DNA of 56,718 nt, counting the filler, from Sphacelaria rigidula (Eukaryota), in NCBI GenBank assembly GCA_964200075.2. It is 6 parts of 6 records of this genome, joined end to end, with 100 filler letters (N's around TTAATTAATTAA, not from the genome) between each part and the next. Parts side by side here need not be neighbours in the genome. Positions count along the whole stretch, not along the records: positions 1 to 9,370 come from CAXNAA020008657.1; positions 9,471 to 18,840 come from CAXNAA020008658.1; 4 more parts are not named here. One strand, written 5' to 3'. Below, in pieces: positions 1 through 12,030 of the stretch. Both the position numbers and the translations under genes were made by a program. The notes beneath the pieces were generated by a model that did not search any database, was not told the origin of the DNA, and worked only from the letters and a program-made list of their open reading frames with translations. How positions within the stretch are numbered: position 1 is the stretch's first letter; the number at the start of each line of letters is the position of its first letter.

Positions 1-289
1 AAATGGCCCAAAATCCCCCCCCCCTATCCTAGGATGACTCCCTTGCTCTTTTCCTTTTTTTTCCTGAGTGACTTTTGAGGAGAAATAAACATTGCTCTTG
101 GACCTCATCTCTGTTATTCAGCCCATTCTTTAGAATTGCGATTTGAAATCTAGCATGGAAAACCACAGAGGTATGCCGAATCACAAAAACAAATGGACCA
201 TTATTTTGTTTTTCTTCTAGAGGTTCGGGCGTTCTCGTTGAAAAACGTTTTTTCTCCCTGACACTCTGAACTCCTCCCCTTCGTCGGGA

Positions 290-552
290 TGAGTCCGTGG
301 TCTCAAGGGATCAAGTCCTCTCTCCCCCGGTATGTGCCTTTCGTTTTGATCTCGCGGATTGGATCAGCACTCCCGCACCGCGTCAATTCACGTCACACAA
401 ACCCAGTCGACTACGTTTGTTTACTCACGTTCTCACGCTTTCCACTGTGGAAATCATACATTGCGAAGAAAAAACCCAACGCATCGAGAATCGAACCCCC
501 GTTCTCTCCACCCTAATGGCGACAGTCGGGCCATTACACCAGGGGGACGCGG
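290..552 (-). mobile_element. tRNA-headed SINE, family A, copy 1
   Basis: The minus strand starts CCGCGTCCCCCTGGTGTAATGG (box A-like) and contains GGTTCGATTC (box B). The body is homologous to 21925-22177 and 29146-29405. Confidence 0.75.
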
Positions 553-578
553 CGGTTATAGGTCTTTACTATACTAAA

Positions 579-1059
579 ACGGCCTAAACCAGTGAAGAGA
601 AAAAATAATACCAAAAGGACCCACCGTTGTTTTCGTTTGTTGAGTGCTAGCGAGATTTGACACCAAATTTCAATACACAGACACAAAACGTGGGCCGGTA
701 AGTGGCTTGCAAAATACTGTGCAAAATTTCTACCGACCCGGTTACGAAACGACCCATTCTCATCCCAATTTCTAAAGTTGGCCCCTGAAACTTGGTATGG
801 ACAGCGTAACAGGCATACAAAAACAAAGAAAAGCCAGGCCCAAAGGTTGTGTTTATAATTTCATGAGTTAGAGGCCATAGGCACTTTTCAGGTTCCAGTA
901 AAACGCCGTTAAACCATGAAAAACAAATATTTGGGTCTGGATTTCCTTGTTTTTATGTTCTATTCATTACACATACCAACTTTCAGGGGCCAGCAATACC
1001 AACTGAGGTGAGAATGGGCCGCCAGACTACAAATCCGCATCTAGGCTGGGTAAGGCCGT
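579..1059. mobile_element. Putative MITE
   Basis: Imperfect terminal inverted repeats (TIRs) ACGGCCTAAACCAG ... CTGGGTAAGGCCGT around a non-coding interior. No clean TSD. Confidence 0.4.
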
Positions 1060-1212
1060 AAGGGGATACGTGAGGGAAAACGGATATTGTTATTGGATCT
1101 TATCTCAGTATTTCAACTCGACTTTCAGGATAGTGATTTAGAACAGACATGGAGAATCGCGAAGGCATGCTGGAAAATAGGAGGTGGGTCTTCTGTAATG
1201 GGGTTACGGTGC

Positions 1213-1668
1213 TGTTATGGCAAGCACAGACTCACTAGGCAAGGCAAGGGGATCAGTACTCACAACTGAACAGCCAGACCCACAGAACAAAGCACCGTAT
1301 CACACAGACGTGTTCAAGCAACAAGTATCTCACGCGTAAGCTGTATCTTCCTTCTTTACTGCTCGGTCTTGACCTTCCAGTATCCACTCAATCAATCCAA
1401 TCTCACACTCAGTATATCAGTCTCACCAGTGGTAGACTTCTTGCTGAGAGAGAGCAGTAGATGGTAGAGGGTAGGATGGGAACTAGATTTGTACGATATC
1501 AAATGTGGCCGTCACCATCTCTACCACATACAACTTCATACTCGTACCTGACCAACTCTGAACAGACCTGCAGTATTGGGTCTTAGGATACCCTAATTGC
1601 AAAGGTAAAGCGACTCATCAACGGGTATGAGGCGGCATGATAGCAGACTAATATGCGTCCTCATGACA
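1213..1668 (-). repeat. 3' LTR (~456 bp)
   Basis: Minus-strand termini TGTCATG...CATAACA (TG..CA, 6/7 inverted match), directly after a G-rich tract. The second LTR is not available to confirm the boundaries. Confidence 0.65.
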
Positions 1669-1680
1669 CTAACCCACCCA
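1669..1680 (-). promoter_or_regulatory. Polypurine tract (plus-strand primer)
   Basis: TGGGTGGGTTAG immediately precedes the TGTCATG start of the 3' LTR. Confidence 0.55.
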
Positions 1681-1964
1681 GACGAACCTTCATTACAGCT
1701 GCAAGGCTCTATCCTCAAAACAGCGAAAACCAAGTTTTTTCTTTACCCGTAAAGTCATGAGCGGCTAATAAAGCACACCTAAGGAAACACTCCCGTACCC
1801 AACACTCCCATACCCACTCCCACACCCCAAAAGAAGGGAAGCACAGACTGCTTCGAGGAGCAGAAAAACTGCTCCAAAATGCGGGAGCACAAACTGCTTC
1901 TGCGTGTTAGAAATCAACGAAGAAGCACAAATTGCTCCGGCGTCCTAGCAAAACCAAGGGGGAA

Positions 1965-2100
1965 GACAGGGAGGTACAACAGGGAGCAGAGCTCGAACCT
2001 GGGGAAGCCAAAGGTACAACAGGGAGCAGAGCTTCAACCTGGGAAAATCCGAAGGTACAACAGGGAGCAGAGCTTTAACCGAGGGGAATCCAAAGGCACA
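1965..2100. repeat. ~38-40 bp tandem repeat (3+ copies) in the retrotransposon 3' UTR
   Basis: The unit AGGTACAACAGGGAGCAGAGCT...AACC occurs at about 1972, 2012 and 2053. Confidence 0.85.
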
Positions 2101-2343
2101 AAAGTTGCAAGACCAGAAATATGAAAATCGGCGATCTAACGAGATCGAGCGCTAGCCGCAAGGGGATACTATAGCTCCAGCAGTCGTAGATGGTGGTCGT
2201 CTTCGGTAATTTTTCGATCGTCGTCCGGTGTAGGTTGCCCTTTTGTGACGTCGTAGAAGAGGGTCCTGGTGGAGAAGGGAGGGCAAACAACGCTACAGAA
2301 AAAGGGAGGGGGGGGGGCAACAGTTGCGACGAAGGAGCGTGGT

Positions 2344-5300
2344 TCAAAGCGGGGCGTGGACGTCGTGGGTATGGTCGATGTTGCGCTGGAGACCGCGGCG
2401 AAGTCCTTCGGACTTTAGGTGCTGGAGGCATCAGGATCTGCGTGGTACAGATGGGCTGGTGGTGTATAGTGCTGGCCTAAGCTTGAGCAGTATAGGTCCA
2501 GGGTCATCGATGAAGCGCACGATGTATGTGTCGGCCGACACCAGGATAGCGGAGTGGGTCTGACCCAACCACCAGAGGTTGTCGCTGTCTTTGAACCAAA
2601 GGTAGCTGCCCTTGGGCAGTATCCGCTGGTTTTCGAAAAACTTCGTCTTACAAGTCTTGGTGGGTACAAGTTCGTAACCATCGGCGACAAAGCGTAGTCC
2701 CTGATCGCGATGAAGTTCGCGGGCTGCTGCGCCACGACGCATGTTGCGATATTTCTTGTTGTGAGCAAGATGCTGATGTTGGGATGGCGTCCAGCATAGG
2801 AGGATTGTACGACGGTGCAATTGCAGGTCGGATTCGCGTTCCCAAGACGCTCTCCGGGGACCGTATCAGTGTGCCTTATACATGACAGCGATTTTGCCAC
2901 CTCAGTCACGATTGATCTGGTGGCCGGAGATGGAGGACACGGTCAATCGGAGGGGCTGTTCCGTCACGTCGTCGGTTGTAGCGTGGTAGAGCGGGGACTT
3001 GGTCGAGTAGCTGTTGAGAAAATACTGTGTGAGTCCGGCATGGAGGAACTTGGGCATGTCGCTTGTATCATGCGAGTTCGTGCAGGGTTTGCATCTTTGC
3101 ACGGAGACGTGGGGTTTGGTGTCCTTGCCCTGAAAGTCGCGAGGCAAGTCGAGATAGAGCAGTTTGTCACCAACGGGTTTATCATCCGGTGATGATGACG
3201 ATGGTTCGACTGTCAGGATCTTGAATGGTTCTGTCCACTTGAGGGACAATTTTGTCTTCAAAATTGTTTCGTTGGCTGCCTTGCTGGTGCCTTGGCGGAT
3301 GGTCGACAAACTGTTGTAGATTCAAACCCAATCACCAATTTTCCAGTTGGGGCTTTTGTACATGAGGTTGTAGAGAGCAATGTTAGATCTCTTGAGGCGC
3401 GAGGCGTTGATAGCATGTTGTTTGCGCACGAGGGTAAACGCTTTGCGTTGTCGTGCATGCGCTAGCTCGTGGTAGGATATCTGATCCTGATCCAATCCTT
3501 GGTGGCCGTCGAACATGTGTTGCTCAAACGCGGTGATGGGCAGCCGAGGGTAACGTCCAAAATGAAGTTCGTTCGGGGAAAGGCCTGTGGCGGCGTTAAC
3601 CGAGTTGTTGTAGGACAACATGATGTGCGAGAGATGTAGGTCCCAGTCATTTTGGCGGTCATTGGCAACCTTAGAGAGCATCTGGGCCATGGTGTAATTA
3701 AGTCTTTCGGTACCACCGTTACCGTTCGGATGGTAGGCGCTCGTGGCAATTTTGCGGATACCCAGGAGCTTGTGAGGCCCATCAGAGAGATGTGAGCAAT
3801 ATTGCTGACCATTATCTGAAAGGAGTCGCTTTGGGCAACTGTAGTGCTTAATGTACTCGTGAACCGCTATGTCGGCCGTTCTGGCGGCAGTGAAATCTGC
3901 GGCGGTTACCGCGTACATGGACGCGTGGCGGCTGAAGCGGTCAGTGAAGAGTAAGATGTAAGTGTTGCCGCGACCTGTGGTCGGTAGAGGGCCAAAGTAG
4001 TCAAAGGACACAAGGTGGCCTGGCTCGTTGGGGAGTCCCATAGAGATGACGGGCCAGCGTACTGCCCGCCGGGAAGTTTTTCGGGCTTGGCATTTGAAGC
4101 ATCACCGAATCCAGAAGCGGGTGGAAATTGTCATGCCAACCCACCAGTAGAAGCATTCCAAGAGCACTAGGGTGCGGGTGACGCCAAGGCGACATGAAAA
4201 GTCTGTGTGGCAGCCTTTCATGACCCAGAGGCGCATCAATAATGGAACATATATGCGCGTTGGTTCGTCGCCGAGTAGTCGTGCGTGGCATCCCGTGGGT
4301 GAGACGGAAATTGCGCCTGTCAAGGGCGTGGCGCGACGCACGAGTAGTTGTACACCTTCATCCGTAGTAAAAAGGATGCCTTCACGCACGAGCTCGTATA
4401 CGTCAGAAATAACTGGTGGTGGGAAGGTGCCCACCGGGGTCAGAAGGGTGGATGGAGAAGGGACTGGCCAGTCGAGTTGTATGTGTCGAACGGCTGCGCG
4501 ACATAGCGGTTCCGTGTTTTGTTCGCGAGCCCAATCGCGGTGAGAGTAGCTGGCGAGAAACTCGCGTAGTTGACCTTCCGCTGGCGAGCCGACCAAACAT
4601 GGTGGGGTAGGCAGCGGGGGAATAGGCGACGGGGCAGGAGTGCCGTCGTCCATATCTGCCCCGGGAACAGGAGCTCCGTCGTCAGCTCCATGCTCAGGAG
4701 TGGTAGATATTGGTGGCGCTGTTATAGGCGGTGGGGCTGTAGTAGTGCGCGGCGAAGATTGTTCACGGCGCGTAGTGCAGGTTGCAAGAGTGTTCGAGGA
4801 GCGTTGCGTGCTGGTCCGTGGGACCTGTGTTGCGTGGCTCGTGGAATTTGCAGGTGTTATCGGTGGCGGCGGGATACTCGAGGTGGTGCGGGCAGCAGAC
4901 CTGGAGCGCGTATTGTCGGAGATTAGTCGGGTGACCGAAGGTGTCCCCGCTAAGAGCTTGGCGCGAGTACCGAAGGTCCGAAAATCGACAAAATCGGAGG
5001 TAGTGGGCGTTAACCCACCCAAGACGGCGTCATATAGTAGAGGGCGGGGTCCTCCCATATGCATACCAGTTTCTGGGCATTGGAGGTCGAGGGCGTAAAC
5101 GGGCATTGAAAAACGTCTAACCGCATAAATTCCAGGTTCATCGGGTTCCGTTAAACGGCAAGCCGGGCTGGAATCTGCGGCCGTAGGCAGCAGGTGTAGG
5201 CGAGGAAGAAGATCAGTGTTCCCGTTGGTTTTGCCTGGACGGTGCTCAATGGTATACTGGTACGCTGTTAGAAAATCCAACCATCGCTGTACACGCGAGT

Positions 5301-7560
5301 TATGTTCGCCAACCTAGGTGAGTTGTTCGAGTGCCCCACGATCCGTATAGATGTCGAAGGGCACGTGAAAAAAATGTTGTCGAAGACGCTTAATGGCTCA
5401 AGTGATTACTCCACCTTCCAGTTCTAGCGGGCTCCGATTGGCCTCGTTGGGCAGGGTAGCACGGTTGATATACAGGATGGGTCAGACGGAGCCATCAACC
5501 TGAGGTTGATTCAAAACTCCTCCAAATCCGTTTGTGCCGGCGTCAGTTTGGAGTTGGAAAAGGCGAGAGCCATCTTGTACTGCCTCCCAATCAGGAAAGC
5601 AGAGTACCGACTTTTCGGTAAGCGTCTTGAGTAATTCGCGGGTGATATTCTCCATTTCGGTTGTGAAGGAAAACAAGGCTTCTTTCTCGAGTAGCTCAGT
5701 AAGGGGGCGAATCCGTTTCGAGAGATTCAGCAAATATTTGCGGTAGTAGGATAGTCCGCCCAACAATGAGCGAAGTTGAGAAATGTTAGTTGGCATCGGT
5801 AAGTCAGTCGTCTTTTTTTGTATCCGGATGTAGGCCTGCTGGCGAAATGGAATGCCCCAGGGAATCCAAGTCAGTCGCACCCAGGCGAACTTTGGATGGA
5901 GACAGTTTCAAATCGTGTGTTCGTAGGCGAGCGAGAAATTCTCGTGGAGTGCGTATATGTGCAATAGGTGAGGCATTGAAAGCGATAGTGTTATCCAGGC
6001 ACATGATGACGTGCTCGAGGCCCTCGGTGACGCGTTATATTAAGCGTTGAATGTATCCCGGGGCAGTGGCAGCGCCTTGTGGCATTCGAAGCCACTCGTA
6101 GAGTCCGGACGAGGTACAAAAGGCCGTCAGTGGGACTGTGTCAGGGTGTACAGCGTTCTGAAAGAATCCAGAAGCTAGGTCGAAGGTGCTGAATATTTTG
6201 CCTTCGCCTAAGGAGTCGAAGACTTCATCGATGCGGGGAATTGGAAGTGTACCTACCACAGTGACGCGATTCAACTGTTAGTAATTCACGGTTATGCGTG
6301 TGTTTCCATCCTTTTTGGGGACGACCACGAGGGGCGAGGTCCAAGGAGAGGAGGAATGTTGTATTAATCCCGCTCCCAAATATGCATCCAAGATGGCCTT
6401 AACCTTTTTGGTAAGGATTGGGTTTGTCCGGTATGGCCGAGAAGAGATCGGTGAGACGCCGGGTTGGAGGGTAACCTCAAACGGCAGCTTTTTGCTATAC
6501 CCAAGATCCGTCTTGGATCGGGAAAATCGATCTTGGTACTGTAGCAAGACATCACTCAGTTCTTGGATGACTGCCAGCTCCCAGCCGGGCACATGAAGGT
6601 CAAAATTGATGTCGCGCATGTGTGGCGGTAGTTAGTGCCACATTTGCAAGAAAGTATTCCGAGAATGTGGTGACAAGCGTTGAAGCGCTTCAGTAGGAGG
6701 ATCGGAATTTGACTGGGCAGGATCCACGGTGTGGACCTGGGATGGAGTCGCAGAGGCGAGGTCGAAATAAGGTTCATCGACACAATGGACTGGCGCCACA
6801 GGAGATGTGGCGTTTGGCGCAGCAGGCTCTATTACGCACGTCTCAAGTGGGATGTGCATCAGGGGAGCAGCGGTGGTTATTTAAATATCGCCGGGTTCTA
6901 AGTTAGCACGACCCGTAAGAGGGAGGAGTTGTTGTCCCGCCGAGACAGAACGTTCTGTGTCAGCTAGTGCGCCAATGCGGGGTAACATTTCGGCAAGATA
7001 ATCACCCGTAAGTGCTGGCATGACATTTCGGCGAACTAGGGCAACTTCTACAAGTTGAGGATCGTCGGAAAGTGTAATACCAACGCTACCGTTGTATCGT
7101 AGGTGGTAGGCAGCTCCGGTTGCTTGAGTATTCTTCTGGTAGGCCAGGGCGCCGTGGAGAGTACCAAAGTGCTCAAGGTTGAATGCTCCACGAGGCGTGG
7201 AATGTGGCGATAGTGGTGGAAGCGTGCGGTAGGTTCGTTTATTAAACCGCATATAGCTATCTCTGCCCAATAATATGGCGTGGTGCATTGTGCTGTCGGA
7301 GACAATGTATGCCCGGATTGCCAGGCTGGCAGAACGAATGGTGTTGTGAAAGAATTGCACACTGAGACGTACAGATTTTCGTGTCGTCAGGGGTGCGGCA
7401 GAATCACGGAAATCGCCCCATACTCGAGGTTTGGTGGTGGTTTTGCAAGCTGCAGTAGCAGTACCTGTCTGTTTCATTTGTTTTCATGTTGACTCTCGAA
7501 TAAATGTTTGCGGACTGCCGCTGTCCAACGAAGGTACGCATTTGGTAGGCGTGGTAGCGT
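2344..7560 (-). pseudogene. pol: Gypsy pol: protease, RT, RNase H, integrase, chromodomain, Tudor-like domain
   Basis: Protease LDSGS (~7515-7530). RT SSSPWTSPLVVVPKKDG, FDLASGFFQ, RMPQG, and decayed YLDD (CLDN, ~5995). RNase H LQTDAG...IYTD. Integrase H..C..C region, core VSFDYFGPLP...LLSDNG...GGTERLN, and KWTEPFKI. The terminal stop is at 2344 after reading through premature TGAs. Confidence 0.93.
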
Positions 7561-9240
7561 TTGGACCAGGGTAGATCGCAACGCGTGTAGCGAAAGTGGC
7601 TGGATCCCCAGACACATTACCACTGACAAGATCCGGACCATGTTCCGGCAAGGTAAATTAGCGAGGATCAGCGGGGCTGACAGCAAAGACGCATGGCGGG
7701 TGATCCGCCGGTGGGTCAGATTTCTCACCAGAGAAGAGTGTGGACGGTATATTATTTCCAGGTGTAGCACTGTCGGAGTGATCATTAGCGATTTCGTAAA
7801 TGATAATTTTTGGTTGACAGGGATCGCCGTCCGAGGGGGATCCAGATTGTGCGGGGCTGGAATCGTCAATTGAAGAAGTGGGGACGTCAGAGATATTTGA
7901 TTTTGTTTCTTCCGTGACACTTGATAGAGCCGCCGAGCCCAAAGTCGTCGCATTTTGGAGATATTGAGGTCGAGGATTTCCGCTCGAAAGAGGTGTAGGT
8001 GATGATGCGCGCGCGTCCTTGGGGGCATGCGTACGGGGCGTTCTCTTTCGCCGTGACAAAGGTCGGGGAACTTCCATAACATTTTGGGATAAAACCACAA
8101 CTGCGTCCATTCGAGTGGATGGGGTCAGCATCGGGGCACGACGGAGCGAAACCTGTGGGCTGGTTTCCGTAGGCAAGCTTGGCTGGTGGATTATAGCCGA
8201 AGATATGTTGGGGAGATTGTTATTCGAACCGGCCGAAGGTAGGTCCGTTCGTATTGAAAATCGCAGGGAAGGAGCTCGACCTAATTGATTGGGAATTACA
8301 TGATCCGATGGGGTCAAGTTCAAATCAGTAACACTTGGGTCAGCTGAAAAAAGCTTGCTACTACCTGTGCGTGCGGTCGCTGAGAGAAGCGTTTGCCTCA
8401 GGAACTGACGGTTGGTCCTCTCACACCTCAGACTTATACTCGGCACTGAAGGACCAAGTTCAGGGCCGAGTGTAGGTCTGAGTCACGGGGTGACACAACT
8501 GTTACGTGGTGTGTGGAGGGGTGAAGGCGGGGGTCGATGTGAAGGTCCGTCAGTTACGCTCCTGCATAGTGCCGGGGAAGCCGGGCGGACAATCCTAGTG
8601 TCGGGCTCTGCGGGCTGTGTTGGAAAGTTTGTGAAGGTTGAAGACGGGGGTCGATTTGAACGACCGTCTGTAACGCTCCTGCAGAGTGCCGGGAGAGCGG
8701 GGTGAACAATATTAGCCACGGACTCCGCGGGCTGTGTTGAAAAAATCTTCGCTACTGCTGTCGGCGGCGCGGAAAACCGTAGAAAGCCGGTGTCGGCGCG
8801 GAAGACCGCGTCAACACGTCATGGGTTTACGCGATCCGTAGTGAAGGTACCCGGGTTTCTGGTATTGGGGTTCGAGTTATGTGTCGGTCCCATCCGCTTA
8901 TGTCCATCAGGGGATCGTTTGTTGTCGCGAGAATGATGATCGTTCTGGCAAGGGGTTAAACTATTGTTGTTCTGTCGGCGGCCGCGAGAAGAGCTCTTGT
9001 GGCCACGTGAATTCGAATCATTACGATAATTTCGGCTTGGTGGGCGATCGTCGCGCATAAGTTTTTGCCATCGGTGCCGTGCGGGTTCATTGTCCTGCAA
9101 TTCAGGGTTGATGAGATCAAAGGCATTAATGAACAGACAATTATATAAAATGAGGTTCATCAATTAAATGAGGTTCGAGCCCAAAACAGTACTTTCTCCA
9201 TACTTTCAGCGATGGTGCCCGATGACGTTCTTGTCGGCCT
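7561..9240 (-). pseudogene. Probable gag remnant and Pro/Ser-rich gag-PR linker
   Basis: ORF fragments 8819-9163, 7658-8446 and 7474-8100 lie upstream of the protease on the same strand. No diagnostic gag motif was recognised. Confidence 0.4.
8523..8748. repeat. 117-bp (39-codon) tandem duplication inside the Gypsy element
   Basis: The unit GAAGRCGGGGGTCGAT...GCGGGCTGTGTTG occurs at 8523 and 8640. The peptide (S/L)PALCRSVTDG appears twice. Confidence 0.85.
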
Positions 9241-9370
9241 AATGCCCCTTGATCGCGTAGGTACTTCTTCAGCGCATTTTACCGACTCTGTGAGCTTACA
9301 GCGCTGACCGAAACCGCCCTTTTTCCCGGTTTACGTCCTCGCCTTCCCCTCCCCCTTCTTGCATTTTTAT

Positions 9371-9470
9371 NNNNNNNNNNNNNNNNNNNNNNNNNNNNNN
9401 NNNNNNNNNNNNNNTTAATTAATTAANNNNNNNNNNNNNNNNNNNNNNNNNNNNNNNNNNNNNNNNNNNN
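9371..9470. other. Artificial contig spacer (N44-TTAATTAATTAA-N44); also at 18841-18940, 28311-28410, 37781-37880, 47250-47349
   Basis: An identical 100-bp construct with a six-frame stop linker occurs five times at ~9470-bp intervals. Confidence 0.98.
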
Positions 9471-9722
9471 AGGTGAGGGAAAGCACGGCTTTTGAGTTGA
9501 ACCTCATTTGTTTTTCAACCCCATTTTCAAGAATCGGCTGTTAATAAGGCTTCGGTGCCATGTGACTTCAGCAAAAGTGGGCCGACGACTTTATGCTGTC
9601 TTTTGTGTCGTCTTGATGCAGTATATAGTTCACCATTTAGGAGGGTATGTTGGTCCATCTTGATTTGAGTGTGAAGATGGAAATCCGGATCTTTTCATGG
9701 AAAATGTGCTCTTAGCATGCTC

Positions 9723-9878
9723 CTAGCGTGCCCACAACGCGTTTTTGTCTGAATTGGGGCCTGGGGCACCGGTTTGAGGTTTGCCGACGCACACTTCGCT
9801 TAGGGAACATGTTGCACCCGCCTTGCCCGAGGATTCTCGGTAGTATGCCCTTGTTGTGGTTAGGGTTAGGTTTGGTTT
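9723..9878 (-). mobile_element. Short non-autonomous element with telomere-like head and CTAG end (Helitron/Helentron-like), copy 1
   Basis: Homologous to 27411-27569. It has TTAGGG-like units at one end, a CCGAG-N4-CTCGG hairpin, and CTAG at the other end. Confidence 0.5.
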
Positions 9879-10113
9879 CATAATTTGTTCGGTTCGCTGC
9901 TGCAAGGTCGCAAAGATGATTTTTGCTTTCGTTCGTGCCACTCATGATCATGTCTATATCAGCTGGTGGAGTGTGTAGCCATTGCGGATACTGCTCTCTC
10001 TTCTTGAACGCCAGCTTGCTCTGTGGCTTTCTTTCTTCAGTTCAGAGTTTGTTCATACTTGCTGCCATCTAATCTACGCTATCGATGGTGGCGTGATGAT
10101 GGCACCGGGTGCA

Positions 10114-10229
10114 GGAGAACGAGCGCGACTCTTGGCACTATCACAAGCGAGGCACAGATGGGGGGAAATATCGGTAGACACGGAAGCCTCTAGGGTTTGG
10201 GTCGAACCTTCAAATTCTACATCTGTCGA
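10114..10229 (+). CDS. Possible upstream exon of the FN3 gene
   Basis: It encodes ...RVWVEPSNSTSVE, which joined to the 12316 exon gives STSVECSW, an FN3-like strand. This needs a weak GA|GCATTC donor. Confidence 0.25.
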
Positions 10230-11259
10230 GCATTCCACACATGCAATGTATCATCCATCTACGCTATCAAGAGTCATTCATTGGTGTACCTATTCTGAGG
10301 CCCTTGGACAGGGGTAATATTTTCGCATGTCGTGGAAACTAGCGTGTGTTGGAGGCGCTTGTTTGGGCTGATAGCCCAATCTGTTTAAAAAAATACTCCT
10401 GACCAAGGTCATCGGTTGGGAAACGAATATTTGCATCACCTGCGCCAAAACCACGCCTACAACTTTGAGGCTTGGAATTTTTTAATTCACCAGCATCCGA
10501 GTTTTATAACGAATGAAGTGGGAAAAATATAGTTTTTTTGCGATTTTCTCGATCACCATAGCTTATTTCGCCACACTGAGCACCAACATCGTAGCTTACA
10601 CAAATACACGCCAGTGAGTAGCCGAGCCACGCCGTGGTTCGTACTCCGGGACGAGAAACTTGGAAACCGTGAAATGGAAACCCCACTCAAATCGGAAGTG
10701 CTTTGGGTGATTTTACGGCGTGCATATTCAGGGGATGAACAAGATCTGCGGTCTGTTCGTGCTTTTGGTCGGTGACACTTTTTTGGCTCATTTTGGGGGG
10801 TCAGGCGCGCCCATAACTGTCCGCGGCACATTTTCATATTGCGAATCCTTGAGCGGTTATGAGTACCTCAGGTGCTTGCCCAGTAGAATTTTGGGGTGAG
10901 CCACTTGATTTCAGTATTGAGAGGCTCCGCCAAATCACCGGCCTTCTCCCGGGCCTTGTCAAGAGGCAGGTTTGTCCACACATGAACACGTATCCCGCTT
11001 TAAACGCCAGAGCAGGTTCTCTGTCCAGTCGGCATCATTTTTGTTTAAAAAATGACCATATCCAGGTGACCCACCCTGGTGGTCAAAGGGATTACAGCCA
11101 GGGAACAGGCTAGGCAAGCACGTGAAGATCGATTGCCATAGCTTTGGCTCCATGTAGTAAGCCCTCCAGTCCCAATCAGTCACCGTTGGCAGCGTACACG
11201 GTTGCCAGTACTCTCCCTGGGCGCAGGCGATAATTCGTTTCTGCCGCCGGCCATACTCT

Positions 11260-12030
11260 GCGGTCGGAGGTGTCGGCCACACTCTCGATTTTTTCCGCGA
11301 CACTTGTGAAGCTGTCGGTGACACTTCCGACGCTGTCTGCGACGCGGCCGACACTGCCGCCGACACTTGCGACACCGTCTGCAGTAATGGAACTGTCGGA
11401 ACTGACGACGCCGTCGGCGGCACCATCTCAACTCTTAGCGGCACTGTCGAAAATGTCGGAACTGTCGACGACGACATTGTCGGCGTGTGACCGATAGCAC
11501 CAGCTGTGTCTGTCACCAACAGCCCCGACAGCTCCGACAGCTCCGACAGCTCCGATGATGTCGGGTTAGAGTTCGGGGCATGGGTGTACGATTAGGATTA
11601 ATGAGTGTCGGCGATAGTGTTGGCGACAGTGACGGAAGTGTCGTCGACAGTGCCAAATGTATGTGTCGTTCATATTCCCGACAGTGTTAGTGGATGTAGC
11701 AGCAACAGTTTCGATGGTGTCAACGACAGTCGGATGTGTCAGGGCGACGGTTTCCGCAGTGGCGGCGACACAGTCGAAATTATTACCGACACTCGTGCAG
11801 CTGTCAGCCACTTCGCCTAATGACGCTGGGCGCGGAAATGACGAATGGTGGGCAAGTCTCTACAGTGTCGTCGACATTGTTGAAACCGTCGCTCTGACAC
11901 ATCCGACACTGCCCCTGACACCGTCGGCACTGTCGCCGACGCTGTCGCCGACGCTTGTGACGCCATCGCCGACGCTTTTGGTACAGTCACCGACACTCGA
12001 CCCCAACCCTAACACTAACCCCAACCCTCT
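11260..12030. repeat. Degenerate GTCGGCG/CCGACAC array with foldback structure and telomere-like ends
   Basis: 11711-11772 is an inverted copy of 11863-11927. GGGTTAG-like sequence lies at ~11563 and AACCCTAACACTAACCCCAACCCT at 12005-12028. Confidence 0.65.

Larger units (their letters stand above)
1213..9370 (-). mobile_element. Ty3/Gypsy LTR retrotransposon, degenerate, 5' end cut by the contig end
   Basis: Minus-strand domain order is PR-RT-RH-IN, as in Ty3/Gypsy. A 3' LTR and PPT are present. There are many stops and frameshifts, and no 5' LTR before the gap at 9371. Confidence 0.95.

Noticed and set aside
480-552. tRNA gene (also ~22105-22177 and ~29335-29405)
   Set aside because: There is no intact acceptor or anticodon stem, and each copy is attached to the same ~190-bp body, so these are SINE heads.
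2344-7560. In-frame TGA codons in pol as recoding (Trp or Sec) or RIP-like mutation
   Set aside because: They are accompanied by TAG/TAA stops, frameshifts and a decayed RT motif, so ordinary decay is sufficient. No second copy is available to measure mutational bias.
9415-9426. TTAATTAATTAA palindrome recurring every ~9470 bp
   Set aside because: It is centred in fixed N-runs and is an assembly linker, not a biological repeat.
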